A DNA stretch of 64,000 nucleotides from the NCBI GenBank assembly GCA_017499595.2, contig CM039007.1, positions 186,001-250,000 on the forward strand, in the 5' to 3' direction. This DNA comes from Psilocybe cubensis. Lineage: Eukaryota. This document shows positions 1-12,961 of this stretch, piece by piece. Within the stretch, counting starts at the first letter, position 1. The number at the start of each line of letters is the position of its first letter. The notes beneath the pieces were generated by a model that worked only from the letters and a program-made list of their open reading frames with translations, ran no database searches and was not told the DNA's origin. Position numbers and translations under genes: made by a program.

Positions 1-1116
1 GAATGCTTGAGGCTGGCGTTTTGTATGCCACATGAAAAAGAGGAGAAAGGGAATATTCAGAAAGAGTCAGGCCCAGCACAAATATGACCATTGATGATGC
101 AAGGGCACGCGTCAGAGCCATAGAGAAAAGGCACGTCCAAGGTTGTTGCTGGCCTCTCTCTTACTTTCATTGGGCAACTTTCCTGCAGGCGAAGGATGTA
201 AGAAGCCCATCGTCAAAAGCCGTAGTACGGCTGTGAGATCCTGACCCGCATGGACATTTCTGAACTCAGACATCTTCCTACCTCAACACGGGACGCAAAA
301 AATGAGAAAGAAGAAGAAAGAGCGTTACGTACAACTTTGACGACGTCGGACATCCAATCATATATGAACACACGGTCGTCCGTGCGGCCTCGATTGATGA
401 ATGTAAGAATGAGTACGAGGTTCTCGCCGACGATCTCGATACCAATAGCGGGCTTCTCCCAAGGGGAGGACATGACGTGCGCGTTTTTGTGCACGGCGCG
501 TGGGTGTGGCAGGCCGGTGGAAAACTGCAGGTACTGCATCTCAATGTCGTATAGTGGCTGAGATGGTGTCGATGCCCTGCTTGGTGTACTAAACAATGGT
601 TCAGTTGAGTTGACAATAGTAGTAAAACTCGACGTACGTGCTCACGATCACAATAAGATCGTGTTCAAAAAGACAAAGCCCGATATCGATAATCGTTTTC
701 TTCGACGATAATACGTGCCAGGTTGCCTGCCGAGCCTCTTGTTTGGTGGTTGGGAGTCGAAGATACATCAACTCCCTTCGAGCCGCATTGCTGAGGAGAT
801 ACACGCCTCCAGAGAGGTCATACACGCCACACTGGTCCTCCGACACCTTGATACGCTTGGTAAATGTCGGGCTAAGCTTCGCCCATGCGCGCTCCGCGTC
901 TCGCAACGCTGACAACTTGGAGGAAAGTGGTAATATCGAACACGGGTTGTCGACTGTCCCGGATGCAACTAACGCCGCACCATACTGCAGAACAAGAGAA
1001 TTGTGGACAATCGAGTTGAGAAAAGTACATGATAGTTGACAAGAAAGTAAATCAGCCGGTGGAAGAAAAGAAAAAGTTTGAATGAGGAGTTCGGGAGGGA
1101 GGTCGATGAGTCGCAT
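1..1116 (-). CDS. F-box domain protein, multi-exon; 3' end runs off the window start
   Basis: N-terminus MRLIDLPPELLIQTFSFLPPADLLSCQLSC is an F-box motif. A GT-AG intron near 588-636 joins exon 2 (LQFSTGLPHPRA), typical of basidiomycete F-box proteins. Confidence 0.8.
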
Positions 1117-1348
1117 TTTGGCGGCGTTGAATATTCAATACCGATGAAAGGCTTGCTGGCACCGCCACATAAACATCGTCTATCATCTAATCTGACCGGC
1201 AATTGCCGCATCTACTCCAAGTCAAATCGGGAATTCATAGAATAAGGCATCGAGTCAACAGAGATTGATTTTTTGACTGTGGCGGGTTCAATTTTACCAA
1301 GACAAAAATAAAGGAATCCCAAAAAGATAAAATCTCATGAGCTTACAG

Positions 1349-2234
1349 GTGATTTTACCAAGTTCAGGCCAGTACATAAACGGAGGTACAGGACCTCTTG
1401 GATCATCTTTTGTTGCAGTAACAGATGGCTTCGGAGATTTGCCACCGTCTGTTGTGCTCGTCAATCCGCATGTGCCGTATAATGTAACCGTGCTCCTGGA
1501 TAACTTCTATGGGCTCCAATTTAATTCCATGAATGACCTCAAGATACATCCATTGTCCGGAGCAATCTTCTTCAGTGATGTCTCGTGCGTGAGCGCTATC
1601 TAGCATCGTTTTCTGAACCGACTGACTCTCATTTTACAGACTTCCAAATGAAATCAACATCCGCCCCACACCGTTGATGCCAAATCAAGTATACAGACTA
1701 GATCCATTAACACGAGCAGTGCGAGTCGTAGCTACTGACTTTGATCTCTGCAACGGCATTGCATTCAGCGCAGATGGAAAATCAGTATTTGTGTATGTCC
1801 TTCTTATGGTTGCTTACAAAATTAGGTATTCACCGGTTGATTCCACAGAACAGATAGCGGGGCGGCCACCTCAATCTCAGACGTGGACCAGACTAGACCC
1901 GCCACGATGTACGGTTCTCCATTGCGTTACCTTATTCAGTATTTACAATTCTTCAAATCAGCTATAAGTTTGACGCTGACATAACCTCCCAAGCATTTAC
2001 TAATCGGCGCGTTTTTGCCTACGCAGACACCGGGGGAACGTCTACGCAGGCTGCGGTGACGGCGTGCACGTCTGGTCCCCTGAAGGCACCTTGCTGGGAA
2101 AGTTCTTCACCGGAGACTCCGTCGCGAATATGCAATTTGCGGGTGATGGAAGGCTGGTGCTTTTGGGCGGCACAAAAATCTACATGGCGAGGATTGCGGC
2201 CAGGGGAGCGAAGGTTTCATTTCCTCGATTTTAA
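1349..2234 (+). pseudogene. SMP-30/gluconolactonase (lactonohydrolase-like) pseudogene, 5'-truncated and frameshifted
   Basis: Motifs INGGTGP, LLDNFYGLQFNSMNDLKIHP, CNGIAFS, RRVFAYADTG. It lacks the signal-peptide exon and exon 2 of its paralogues. At about 2031 ACCGGGGGAACGTC shows loss of the IPDGIELDAA-equivalent codons with a frameshift. Confidence 0.8.
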
Positions 2235-2671
2235 CTCAGTGAAGAGGTCAAAGAATAGACTTTATAAATGAAATACAACCTTCTCATCAGTTCTCATCTT
2301 ATTCTGTCTTTCTCAACAATTACATCATAATATATTTTATTAAGCTTAAATTTACCTAAGCCCTACTTCTTTGGTTCTAGCTAAAGTTGTTCATTCAAAG
2401 TGCGTTTATTTTGTTGAAATCATAGTGCCTCGAGCGCGCTATCTTATCAATTTGGATTTTGCATGAGAGATTGGCATTAAAATCTTATCTAATCTAAGCC
2501 TTCAACAACCACCATCATCATCGGCTACGACGGTTGTTTCTGACACCGTCTCCTCTAATTCTCTCATATTATGCTCACATTCTTGTACACACCATTGCTG
2601 GCAGCTGTGTCTCGCGCTCTTACGGGATATTTTGGCAGGTTTTTTGTTCAAATTTGTGTTTGTTGAGCATT

Positions 2672-2772
2672 TTTCGACTGGGTATCGTGCCTTAAGTGGA
2701 CATTTCGGTTGGGTATCGTGCCTTCAGTGGACATTTCGACTGGGTATTGTGCCTTAAGTGGACATTTCGGTT
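2672..2772. repeat. 31-bp tandem repeat, about 3.3 copies
   Basis: Unit TTTCG(AC/GT)TGGGTATCGTGCCTTAAGTGGACA at 2672, 2703 and 2734, partial at 2765. Confidence 0.9.
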
Positions 2773-3110
2773 ATAAATGTGGTATGTTCTTCTCATTCAA
2801 ATCTAACACTACTCAGTGAGATCATGTCCAACCACGGCCTCTGAAATTATGGGGGGGATTACTTGTCTGGAAGCTCTCTGCAGCCCATTTGCCCCTGTAC
2901 GGATGCCGACCAAAAGTTTCACACACAATGGAATGTCTCACTGGCCACAGTGTTCTTCCCACTATAGACACAACTGAGATTAACCATTCATGTGAGCTTC
3001 TGATGATAACAAAGCCTGGCATGCTTTGCGTAACAGTTACGATGAAGGCGGCTGCAGGAAGTTAAGTAAATGATACCAAAGGGGTCCTGGAAGATAGATT
3101 GATTGTCTTA

Positions 3111-3288
3111 ACCCGTATTTTTTACTAGTCTCGCAGGTGCTAATCAGCGAGCCGGGTGCTTGGAAACAAGTCATCCGTAGCACAACTGCATGTCCCTGTG
3201 AATGACTTGTGTAGGACAGGGGAGATTTTCGGGTGTCTTCCGCTGCTACACACCGGGCGGCTCTGTTGAGGGCTGTTTGGTAATCTCG

Positions 3289-3325
<37 letters not shown>
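3111..3325 (+). mobile_element. 3' end of a non-LTR retrotransposon (or derived SINE) with an (AAC)n tail
   Basis: Clearly homologous to 17765-17967, which lies downstream of a LINE ORF2 C-terminus. Ends GGTAATCTCGTAAAC followed by (AAC)n. Confidence 0.75.
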
Positions 3326-3334
3326 GCAACGTTA

Positions 3335-3830
3335 GGCCCTGTTCGGTAGCAACTCACGGCGTGAGTTAGTAACTCACGATTTCCATATATAGTATCGCGC
3401 GACTTGATTACATGAGCAGAGTGACAATTCCGTGACTTCGAGTCCATTATCTGATCTGACAGTATCTTATCTGACTGCCACATCTCCTCGCTATCTCCAT
3501 GCCTTCTCAGCCTCGTAAAGGCATTACACCACAGCAGAAGCTGGTTTTAACCACTGTGGTGTCTATGCTGCAGAGTGCAGCACTTGCAGTCTCACTTTAT
3601 GCTAGTCAATGGTACTTTGGAGGCATATGAGGTTATAGAGCAAAGCAGTATGGTGTAGAATAGTTCACAGTAGTGAGTGGTAACAAACGAGACACAAAAT
3701 TTCACGATAAGCTCTCGATTTGGTCGCGCGTGGTCACACATCAGTCACAGTTTCCAAAAATGTACATGCATACTATATATGGAAATCGTGAGTTACTAAC
3801 TCACGCCGTGAGTTGCTACCGAACAGGGCC
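3335..3830. mobile_element. PIF/Harbinger-type (Tourist-like) MITE, 496 bp
   Basis: Perfect 61-bp TIRs (3335-3395 and 3770-3830) starting GGCCCTGTTCGG. TTA on both flanks (3332-3334, 3831-3833). No internal coding capacity. Confidence 0.9.
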
Positions 3831-3968
3831 TTATCTAATCTAATTTCACCTAATCACAACTTTCCCACCTGATAACGTAGATGTGAGCAATGCTACAGCT
3901 TTGAGTCAACCTTGCTTTACCCTTTCTTTTACCACTGTTCAAAATCTCTTAAACTTTATTAAAATATC

Positions 3969-5628
3969 ATGAATTCCCATTCAAAGACTAATCTTGTTCC
4001 CGTCGTTGACTTTGGGCCATTCATTGATCCCACCTCACCCGCGGAACAGAAGGAAAAGGCCGCAAAGGAGATTCTACAGTCATTCCAGGAGATAGGGTTT
4101 GTCTATTTGATAAACCATGGCTTGGACGCTGATAAGATAGATGGGATGTTTGGATGGGTCAGTTGCTACGTTGTAATGCTTATCATAGCGTATGGGGTCA
4201 CTAAAACCTATTGTAAAACAAGTAGTCCCGTAAATTATTCGACCTACCTCCCGCAGTTAAAGAGCTAGCTCCTCACCCGCCTTCTGGGACACACCATCGA
4301 GGTAATGCCTAGCTATCACACGCATAGCATTTATATCAGCAATTCACGCCTCTACGATTCTGGGCATTTTCAGGATACTCGGCCCCAGGGAGGGAAAAAG
4401 TGAAACAACTGTCAGAGTCCAGTCGCCAATTAGCTCATACAAGAGCTACCAACGACGTATCTAACCAAGCAGAGTCGGGTGTCATACGAGATATCAAAGA
4501 AAGCTTTGAATGCGGTCGGGAAGACAACGAAGAGATGCCCAATATCTGGTTCCCTGACGGTGTCTTTCCAGGTTTCAAGGAGGCATGTCTGGATTTTTAT
4601 TGGGTACGAATAAATGTTTTCATTGCTAATTCCTATCTCCCTGATCGTCATCAAAGACTTGCTACGAGACGGAAAAACTCATCCTCAAAGCACTCGCGAT
4701 AGGGTATAATTTGCCGGATCATTACTTTCTGCAGGATCACTCTAAAGCCGACAATCAGCTGAGACTATTGCATTATCCGAGGTACCCGTGTTCATCGCTT
4801 CAAATGTCCCTTTTTATGATTTCCATATTTGTTGTAAAGCATTCCAGCGTCTATGTTGCAAGATGAAAAGGCCTCTCGAATCCCCAGTCACACAGATTTC
4901 TGCTCCATGACGGTACGTGCATATTAACCAAGAGATATTTAATAACTTGTAACGCCATACGTGCAGATGCTCATACAGGACTCTATCGGTGGCTTAGAAG
5001 TAGAGGACCCCAAACATTCTGGCACCTTTATTGTACTTTTTGTGACATATTGGGTGCTTATTACGCCTACTGACTTTCATGCCCTGTAGCCCGTCCCGCC
5101 AATTCCTGGATCAATTGTCGTCAATGCAGGAGACTTTCTTATGCGATGTAGGCGTTCATTATAACTTCTATGGATAGCCGCACATGTTCCTCACAGGGTC
5201 AAACGATACAATCAAAAGCACCGTACACCGCGTACGAATCCCTCCATCTTTAACGGAAGGGAGCCTAGGCGAATCCGATATGATTCCTGCAAGATATTCC
5301 ATTCCATACGCACGTTTGATCTTTTTTCGAACAAGTAATTGATAACCTGACGCACCGATACTCCTAGTTTTGCAGTGTGGTGAGTTCCTAGATTCTTCGA
5401 GTTGCAGTAGTGATAATGTCGAAATTGTTTACGAAACAGGACTCATCTACCGTAATCGACTGCATTCCCGGAACATGGTCCGCAGAGCGACCTAAACTCT
5501 ATTCACCTATCTCTGTAAGTACTTTGAAACCTAAAATCAGATCACTTTATCAAGCGCTCAATAACCGGCATTATGGCGCCGTTCAGGCCAGAGAATACGT
5601 TATGGAGAGGCTGGCAGCAAATTATTAG
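3969..5628 (+). CDS. 2-oxoglutarate/Fe(II)-dependent oxygenase (IPNS/DIOX family), multi-exon
   Basis: VPVVDFGPF...GFVYLINHG, LRLLHYP, HTD (HxD), GGLEV, VNAGDFLMRWSND...HRV, RYSIPY across short introns. Confidence 0.9.
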
Positions 5629-6186
5629 TTTTCATGTGAATCCAGGTGCTTAGCTTAACCAGACTGCGTAAATTTCAATTCAGGTCCGATGAGAGTTCGC
5701 GTCTAGAGTCAAATGAATTCTACAGAACTCCATTTTCATTCACCCATTTGACGTTGCATGGCTGACAGCCCAGAATCAAGTCATACTTAAACTAATGCTG
5801 GATGACTGCACAACGTCAAACATCAAGTTTGAAGACATCTGGGCTAATGGACAACGAGCAACTTGTTACCCATGGACTCAAAGTATAGCATACATTTTGG
5901 CAGGTAGCAATGGTTTTCACGCCTGCACAAGATGACTATTAGACGTGCTCCGAGTCATTATATGACACTAACGTTTCTATTAGACTCTCGCACAATATGC
6001 TAAAGGAGAATGGAGCACCATACTCACAAGCTAGAAGTATTTCGCTTGAAGCTAGTGTCGTTATTGAAGTTTTACTGTGGGTAACATATGAATCGAAGCT
6101 TTCGTAGCCTTTGACTATAAGAACCACCTAAACTGGTGTCTCAAGCTCGAGTCCCCATAGCCTACAAACCGCCGTAAAGTCGCACA

Positions 6187-6484
6187 ATGCAAAATTTCCG
6201 TGCTTTTCTGCCCAATGTCGCCCTTATTCTTGCGCTACTATCTAGCATCTCCTCTGCAAGTCCGTTAGCGGGTACGAATGCGGGATCCCTAAGTCCGCGA
6301 GCGCCAATTACACCCGGAGTCGGCAAAGATGATTCTTTGATAAGCGAATGGGAGGATCAATCGTCTTCCCCAGGCCAAGCAGAGGACGGGAGTACTACGT
6401 ACGTGCTAAAGACCAGCCTGAATTGATAGAAGTTCATTTTTGTTTTTTAGCGACAGTATCTTAGAGAGATCAGGCACATTTTAG
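6187..6484 (+). CDS. Small secreted protein, about 81 aa, 2 exons
   Basis: Hydrophobic signal peptide (VALILALLSSISSA-SPL). Intron 6399-6450 (GTACGT...TAG) gives an in-frame exon 2, TDSILERSGTF-stop. Confidence 0.55.
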
Positions 6485-7348
6485 TGAGCCCATGACAACT
6501 ACCGCTTCGACTGTCCTAGGTGCGAAACTCACCTCCATCATGCTCTAGCCCACAGGTCTGGGTAGTTAACCACAAGATATAATCATATTATCGAGGAATG
6601 CGGTTTTATACTTAGTATTATTTCATATTTCGATTTTTTATATATCCCTGTATGGACATTTTGTAAGGTTTGCAAGTTCGCCGAGAGCCATCGGAGGTCC
6701 CGTGAAGACCGAGAGTTCTTTACATCTCTTGTGTGCTAGACAACGAAATTGAGTTCCAAAGATCACAGTAGCTCGATATCCAGCCCCCTGGACTGAGTCC
6801 CTCGGATAATGTTTTGCCTCCGCCTAATTGCAGTGCTCAGCCTATACTGACAGATGTTAACTTGTTTATGGTGAACCCTGAGAAACGGCTATCAGTGGTT
6901 GTTTGTGATCCGTCTGTGTTTACTCCATGTCAATCTTCAAGCAGCTAAAGGCATCAATACTAGATTTTGACTTTGCTTCTCGTTCTGGGATGCAAGGTTC
7001 AGATACTTCCAATACTTAAAAGACATCGGAGAAGAATGAAGCTCACAGAAACTTTCTCTCCACATATCACTAACTTCGGCAAGCGATATAAAATGATTAA
7101 ACATCTGTATTCTATGTGGGGCCACCCGATACCTCGTTTAGTAGATCCGATATCAACGTGTTTTAGTAGGTCACCACTGCTAAGACTTTCCTATTCTTTA
7201 ATTGGAATGTACAGACGAGAACACTGAGGTCGATTATTCTAATAAATAGCTGAGTTTTGCGCAGGCATAACTCATCCCCTCAACAACTGTCCTTTTATTT
7301 CAGAGGATACACACTCAATCTCCTTCATTAAAGCGTAACAAATCAGCA

Positions 7349-8823
7349 ATGCCTGTGTCCCACTCTTTTATTAAATCTGTGGTTGCAGCAGTCGCAATTG
7401 CGAAACTGGCTGTTGCATTACCCACTGTACCCAGTCAAGGCGTCGTAAGTTCATGTTATCATCATTTTGGTATCACTCTCTAAGATTGATATTTTTAGGT
7501 GGTTGACCTCAACTCGTACGCCGTTCTGGGGCCTAGCGGTTCTTTCAAAAACTCTGCATCTGGATTATTCAATCCAACATCTACAACTGCACCATTCTTC
7601 CAAATATTCGATGACAGATTCCTCGACGTCATTGGCGAGAACCCCATCTTCAGAGTTGTCTCTTCAGACACGTCCGTTCTTTCGTATGCTCGGGAGGCGC
7701 CAGTTTACGTCGCGTCTACCGACGAGCTCTTCTTTGCTGGTTTCGACCCCACAGACAATGTGGTAAGCAAAATCAGCTTGGCTGCTATCGAGACAGCGAT
7801 AGCTGGCTCCCCAGGATCAAGTCCGCTAAATGTTGCTGGAACACGCGTAAGTTAAACGTCTCTCACTTATTTCTAGTTACATCTATTAATATTGCACATC
7901 TTCATGGACCCTTAGTTGAGCTTATCATCTTCCCTTCAAGTCGTTAATGGTGGAACCGGGCCTTACAACGGAAAAATCGTTTTCGTCACACTCGGTAGTC
8001 CCCTAGCACCCCCAGCACTGGCTCTCGTTGATTCAACCCCCCCTTACGCCACCACGGTCCTTTTGGACAATTTCTTCAGCCGCCCTTTCAATTCTATCAA
8101 TGATGTCAAGATTCATCCTACCTCAGGAAAAATATTTTTCACAGACCCTTCGTATGTTACGCAGCTCTATTCCATTATTTTTTATCTGATGGATGAGTGT
8201 AACAGTGTTGGAAATCAAGTTGGACTTCGCCCCGCACCTTTGTTGAAGAACAATGTCTATAGATTTGACCCCGACACAGGTGATATTCGAGCTGTGGCTT
8301 CCGACCTCCAGGCTCCCAACGGAATTGCCTTTTCTCATGATGGAAGACATGCCTATGTGTACGTTGATCTTCTTTCTTCCCATGCCTTTCAATGACAATT
8401 GGCATGCAGGTCGGATACTGGTGCTTTTGTCAGTCTGACGGAATTGGACCCCACTCGCGCTGCTACAATGTAAGACTATGACAAATCCTTGTACACCACA
8501 TTGATCTCACTCTTCCCGTGTTCAGCTACAAATATGACTTGGAGCATGAGTCCCAGGCGTTCACCAATAGGCGTGTGTTCGCATATGCGGATACCGGAAT
8601 TCCTGACGGTCTTCAGCTCGACGCTTCCGAGAATCTGTATGTGGGTGCCGGTGATGGCGTGCACGTTTACGCTAACGATGGTACCCTGATCGGCAAATTC
8701 TTCACCGGAACAACCGTGGCCAATATGGTCTTTGCCGGTAATGGGCGCTTGCTGCTTCTTGGCGGTGCCGACCTGTACTATGTTAAGATCGCTGCCAACC
8801 CTATCAAGATATCTTACCCTTGA
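7349..8823 (+). CDS. Secreted SMP-30/gluconolactonase/lactonohydrolase-like beta-propeller
   Basis: Signal peptide; EAPVY, NGGTGP, DNFFSRPFNSINDVKIHP, PNGIAFS, GIPDGLQLD motifs with canonical introns. Confidence 0.9.
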
Positions 8824-10070
8824 AGTGGCCAAGATAATTTGCAATAGCGATAACTTATTTTTAACTGTAAACTGATACTATCGAACCAATTTATTTATTA
8901 ACCTTGTTCCCGATATCTAAGTCCGAGTCATTGAAAAAAAATTACAATGCAGGAAACCTTTTGGCATTTGTTGCTTCTTTTAATACGCCATTTAGGCTCC
9001 ATAATGGGGTCCTGAGCCGGAAAAATACATTGTTGGCTCAGCGACCATCACTTACGCTGATAGCAATACAGAGCAATACTTGTCCGGAGAGTACCTAAAA
9101 TATATATGTAGAAAATTGCCTACATTTCACGCAGGGAAAGTCAAATACCATTTTATTATAGCTATTTTCATATCGATAGACCTATTCCCTAAATTTACAC
9201 ATACACGGACAACGAATTTTATTAAGCGGAACATAAAATTTGAAGACGGCAAAATCACGGAAACTCGCAAAATCGTCAATGAGTATTTACAAAAAGTTGA
9301 GCTATGAGAACGAATGTCGATACCACCACATTATCAGCACGCCTAAAGCCATTCCCTTCTCAAACTGAAAGGCATGTCGACGCTTTGCTGCCAGATCGTA
9401 CCATAGTTTGACATAAACTCAACATCGGAGCATTCCTTATGTAACTCGGTTACGCAAAAATTCAAGGCCGACTGTATGAATATATTTTGATGTTGGGCCT
9501 ATCGATATGAAAATAGCTGTAAATTAATTGTTCTTGATGAGATTGTCTAAGCTTTAATCTTTTGTAATTCACCCCAATACCTATAGGCCCGTTCACGATC
9601 CTGAACATCCCCGCGTACCGGCAATTCCCGGCCTACACCATTGTATGTAACGCTTTCCCACGACTGAGATTGAACTCATTATTATTTCAGTTTTCGACAC
9701 TCCGCGTTCAACGTTCAACATTCGCCGGTCGTAAGTTTTCACACAAGATGCTCATATGTCTGACATAAATGTAGATAGTTAACATTACTAATGTACTCGC
9801 CAACGAGTAGAATAGACTACATGGTAAAACAGTGGGCACAAAGACATCAATTAATTAGAAGAATTTTGTGGTATCGATTTATTGGCGAGGCAAGCATCAG
9901 GAAAGAATGCAATGATGATATGACTATCAAATTTTTCAAAACATTGGAAACTATACAAAACTATCGCATCGATAAATTAATATTTATGTTACAAAAGATT
10001 CCAGAGCACTGCTACAAACAAATACAATTACTATTCTGCAGTGTTGTACTGTGTGTTACCGAATTCCATG

Positions 10071-11710
10071 TCATAGTGCATCATCACTGTTAGTTACAAT
10101 CCCGTGTACTTTAAATATCATCCTAATTGACAACGTGGACGATAGAGCAACGGTAAAGCCAAGGGATGCCGCAAATAATTCCTCCAGAATCAATGAGTAT
10201 AAGATATTAGGTGCCTATAAGTCACATACTTGGTCCAAAATCCAAATTATCATACAGGATAGGTATGTAACGGCAATGCTGAGGGAACAACGCGGTCAGT
10301 TAATAATGTCATACAATCATAAGTTTAATTGACATACGCAACAAAATATAGAAATGAATCTTTAACCAAAACGTCAATCATCCGTTCTCCCCTTCCGGAA
10401 TCATATAACCCGCGTAGCTTAAAGCTCTTATAGCCTTTTGCTACTGCAAGACTGCAGAGGATGCATTCAAAGATGACAATAGGTATCCAGAACGAGTAAG
10501 TAAAGCTCTCAATTTTGGAGATAATGCAGAAGTGCCCTCCTGGTATGTCCACTGCTGTAATTACGCCATCATTCAATGCTATGTAAGAAATTTTAGCTGA
10601 AATTTTATTTCTATATAGCGCGCGGTTTTTCTTACCTTTAAGGAAGCTTTTCTCCACTATGACCATAGCCGCAGCGGCTGAAAGTATATACAGTGGCAAT
10701 ATAAAACATAAAAGTTTTCGGCTCTTGGAGTATAGAGCATATAATCGCACTTGCAATATGGCTGTATGGAGATTAAGGTGTCGAATGAGCTCAATAGAAT
10801 ATTATAAACATGCACAAAAACACTACCTTGTGTAAAGAGAACAGATATAATCCCGGACCAGCTTTGCCAGTCAGTGAAGTGTACACCTTAAATTGCATTA
10901 TGTTGTGTCAATTTTTATGTGAGTTTATGAGGCTTACAACTATATTGTGGCAAGGTTTTATTGTGTTAGAAATGATAGTTGCATATATGCAGTTTTGAAT
11001 CGTACAACTGTGCGCAATAACCAAAATTAACATTAACTGTAACTGTCTTTCCAGAATGCTTACCGTATTGTCAACATTGGGCGAGAAGTACCCTGCCAAA
11101 AGGGCTTTGGGTCAGGCTTCAAGGTCAAATATAGTACAATTTACCATATACTGTAAATCTGTTGGGTGGTTAACTATTGGTAGTAGAATTAATGACTTAA
11201 TAACTTCACGTAAAGGTGGCAAGCATGTAGTATCGACTCTAAGGAGCAAATATGAGTCAGGATAATATCATTAATGGCAATTATTCTGAATAAGAACATA
11301 CACAAAATAGCAGAATTTTGATCAAGTTCCAACGGAGACCGCCTAAAGGATTGTGGAGGAATTCTGCCCACAGGAACGACACCTATGTTTGAAAGTATTA
11401 TGTAACCAATGCTCAGACATGTTATAAGCATTGCTAACATACTTCTTGATCAAAAGTGATTACTTTACCAAGCTTTAATGAATGGTAACATTCTGAAATG
11501 ACATTGTATACTTACTGTAATCGAATATAAAAATGCAGAAGGAGGAGACTAGACGAAAGCCAAAAGTTACGTGATCATATATTGAGGGTGAGTTGATGCC
11601 TGTAACATACGTCTGGCATACTTTGTTACTTGTATAATATGCAAGCCGTGGATAAGTTGATTGACCAGGGGCTGGATGGAAAGTGGGAGTGAAGGAACAT
11701 TGGAACTCAT
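10071..11710 (-). CDS. DUF6533-type multi-pass membrane protein, many small exons
   Basis: Spliced N-terminus ...FCIFIFDY-IITFDQE, then QVRLYALY, FWIPIVIFECILCSLAVAKG, LVKDSFLYF. The 3' end is approximate. Confidence 0.7.
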
Positions 11711-12961
11711 TGAAAGAGAGAACGACTGCCGAGAGATAGCATTTGTATCTGAGCTCCGAGTCGTATATATACCAAGACCCTATATAAATACAGATTATGA
11801 TAGTATGCAGAAGTTATAGCGTTATCGGGTTTTTTTAAGCACATTCAGCAATTTGGCAGTTAAGCCATTGAAGCCAAGGAGAATTTATGCAGTATGTATT
11901 GTATCAGTTTGTATGTAACAATCACCATCATGATTGTGATTTCCTTGAAGCTTGCCGAGTGAGTTATCACCTCAAGGCATGTGGGGTATATAAGTTACTA
12001 AATTTTACGTCTGTGTGTCTATTAATGCATATCCGAGGAAGGGGGTAAACTATTTGAGGTCAAGTGCAACGGAGTCACGATTGATCCTGAGGATAAAAAC
12101 ATGACAAAGCACGCCTACTTTACTCAGCAATCATTGCCACTTTTCGGTGAAATTTTAGGAATTGACGTTTATCCTGTCGTGAAAAGGTATAAATCCTCAG
12201 TATAACTTAGAAATTTTGCCCTCAAGAAGTCTAATTTCATAACACCCTGACACTAGATGGCCAATGTATTTCCGAGATCAGTCAAATGTACAACATCAAT
12301 CATGTATCATTCCACTAGATAAACTGTACTAAGCTGTCAGCATTACCATAACCAGCTGTTCTACTGTAGGTTTTCTTGCGAAGTTTGGCATTCAGTATGA
12401 TTTCGATAACAATACGAGAAAGAGCTCACCCAAATATAACGAGTGACTATTATTAATGCGCTCCAAGTTCTGCCAGAACATCCGCTGTCGACACTATCGA
12501 TCGAGAACATCAAACCGCAATGCAGGCAATGTTCGCAAAGTACACTGTGATTGTAACGTAGTCTTCGATTATCTTTATCCTGAGATTCGTGAACCCCATC
12601 TGTGTGAGGATGGCCAATGATACACACTTTGTCTCTTCATGGAATTGTTGAGCCAGAGAATAGCACGGCGCTGGCTCCAAAACCACAACTTATGATGATA
12701 ATGATGCTGTTTGGAGAATACGAAGCACAGGTAGGCAGAATGTGGCTTTTCTACACAAGGATTGAAGGAATGCCAATGTTATTTTGGCAAACCGCCTTTC
12801 ACACGCCCTCAGTTGACCACGCAATCGTACAAAAGGGCAGCCTTTTGTGTATATTTAACTTCTGTTGATGAGAAGCTGGCTCAACAATATATAATTGGCG
12901 AAATGTTATCAAACAACGCTTCCCCCGAAAGAAGATATCGATGAACTCCTGAGTAACAGAA

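Noticed and set aside
3136-3290. Assignment as a twister, HDV or hairpin ribozyme
   Set aside because: Catalytic consensus loops could not be matched by eye; reported only as a structured RNA.
3037-3483. Poly-Cys / poly-Leu ORFs
   Set aside because: Antisense translations of the (AAC)n tail and the MITE.
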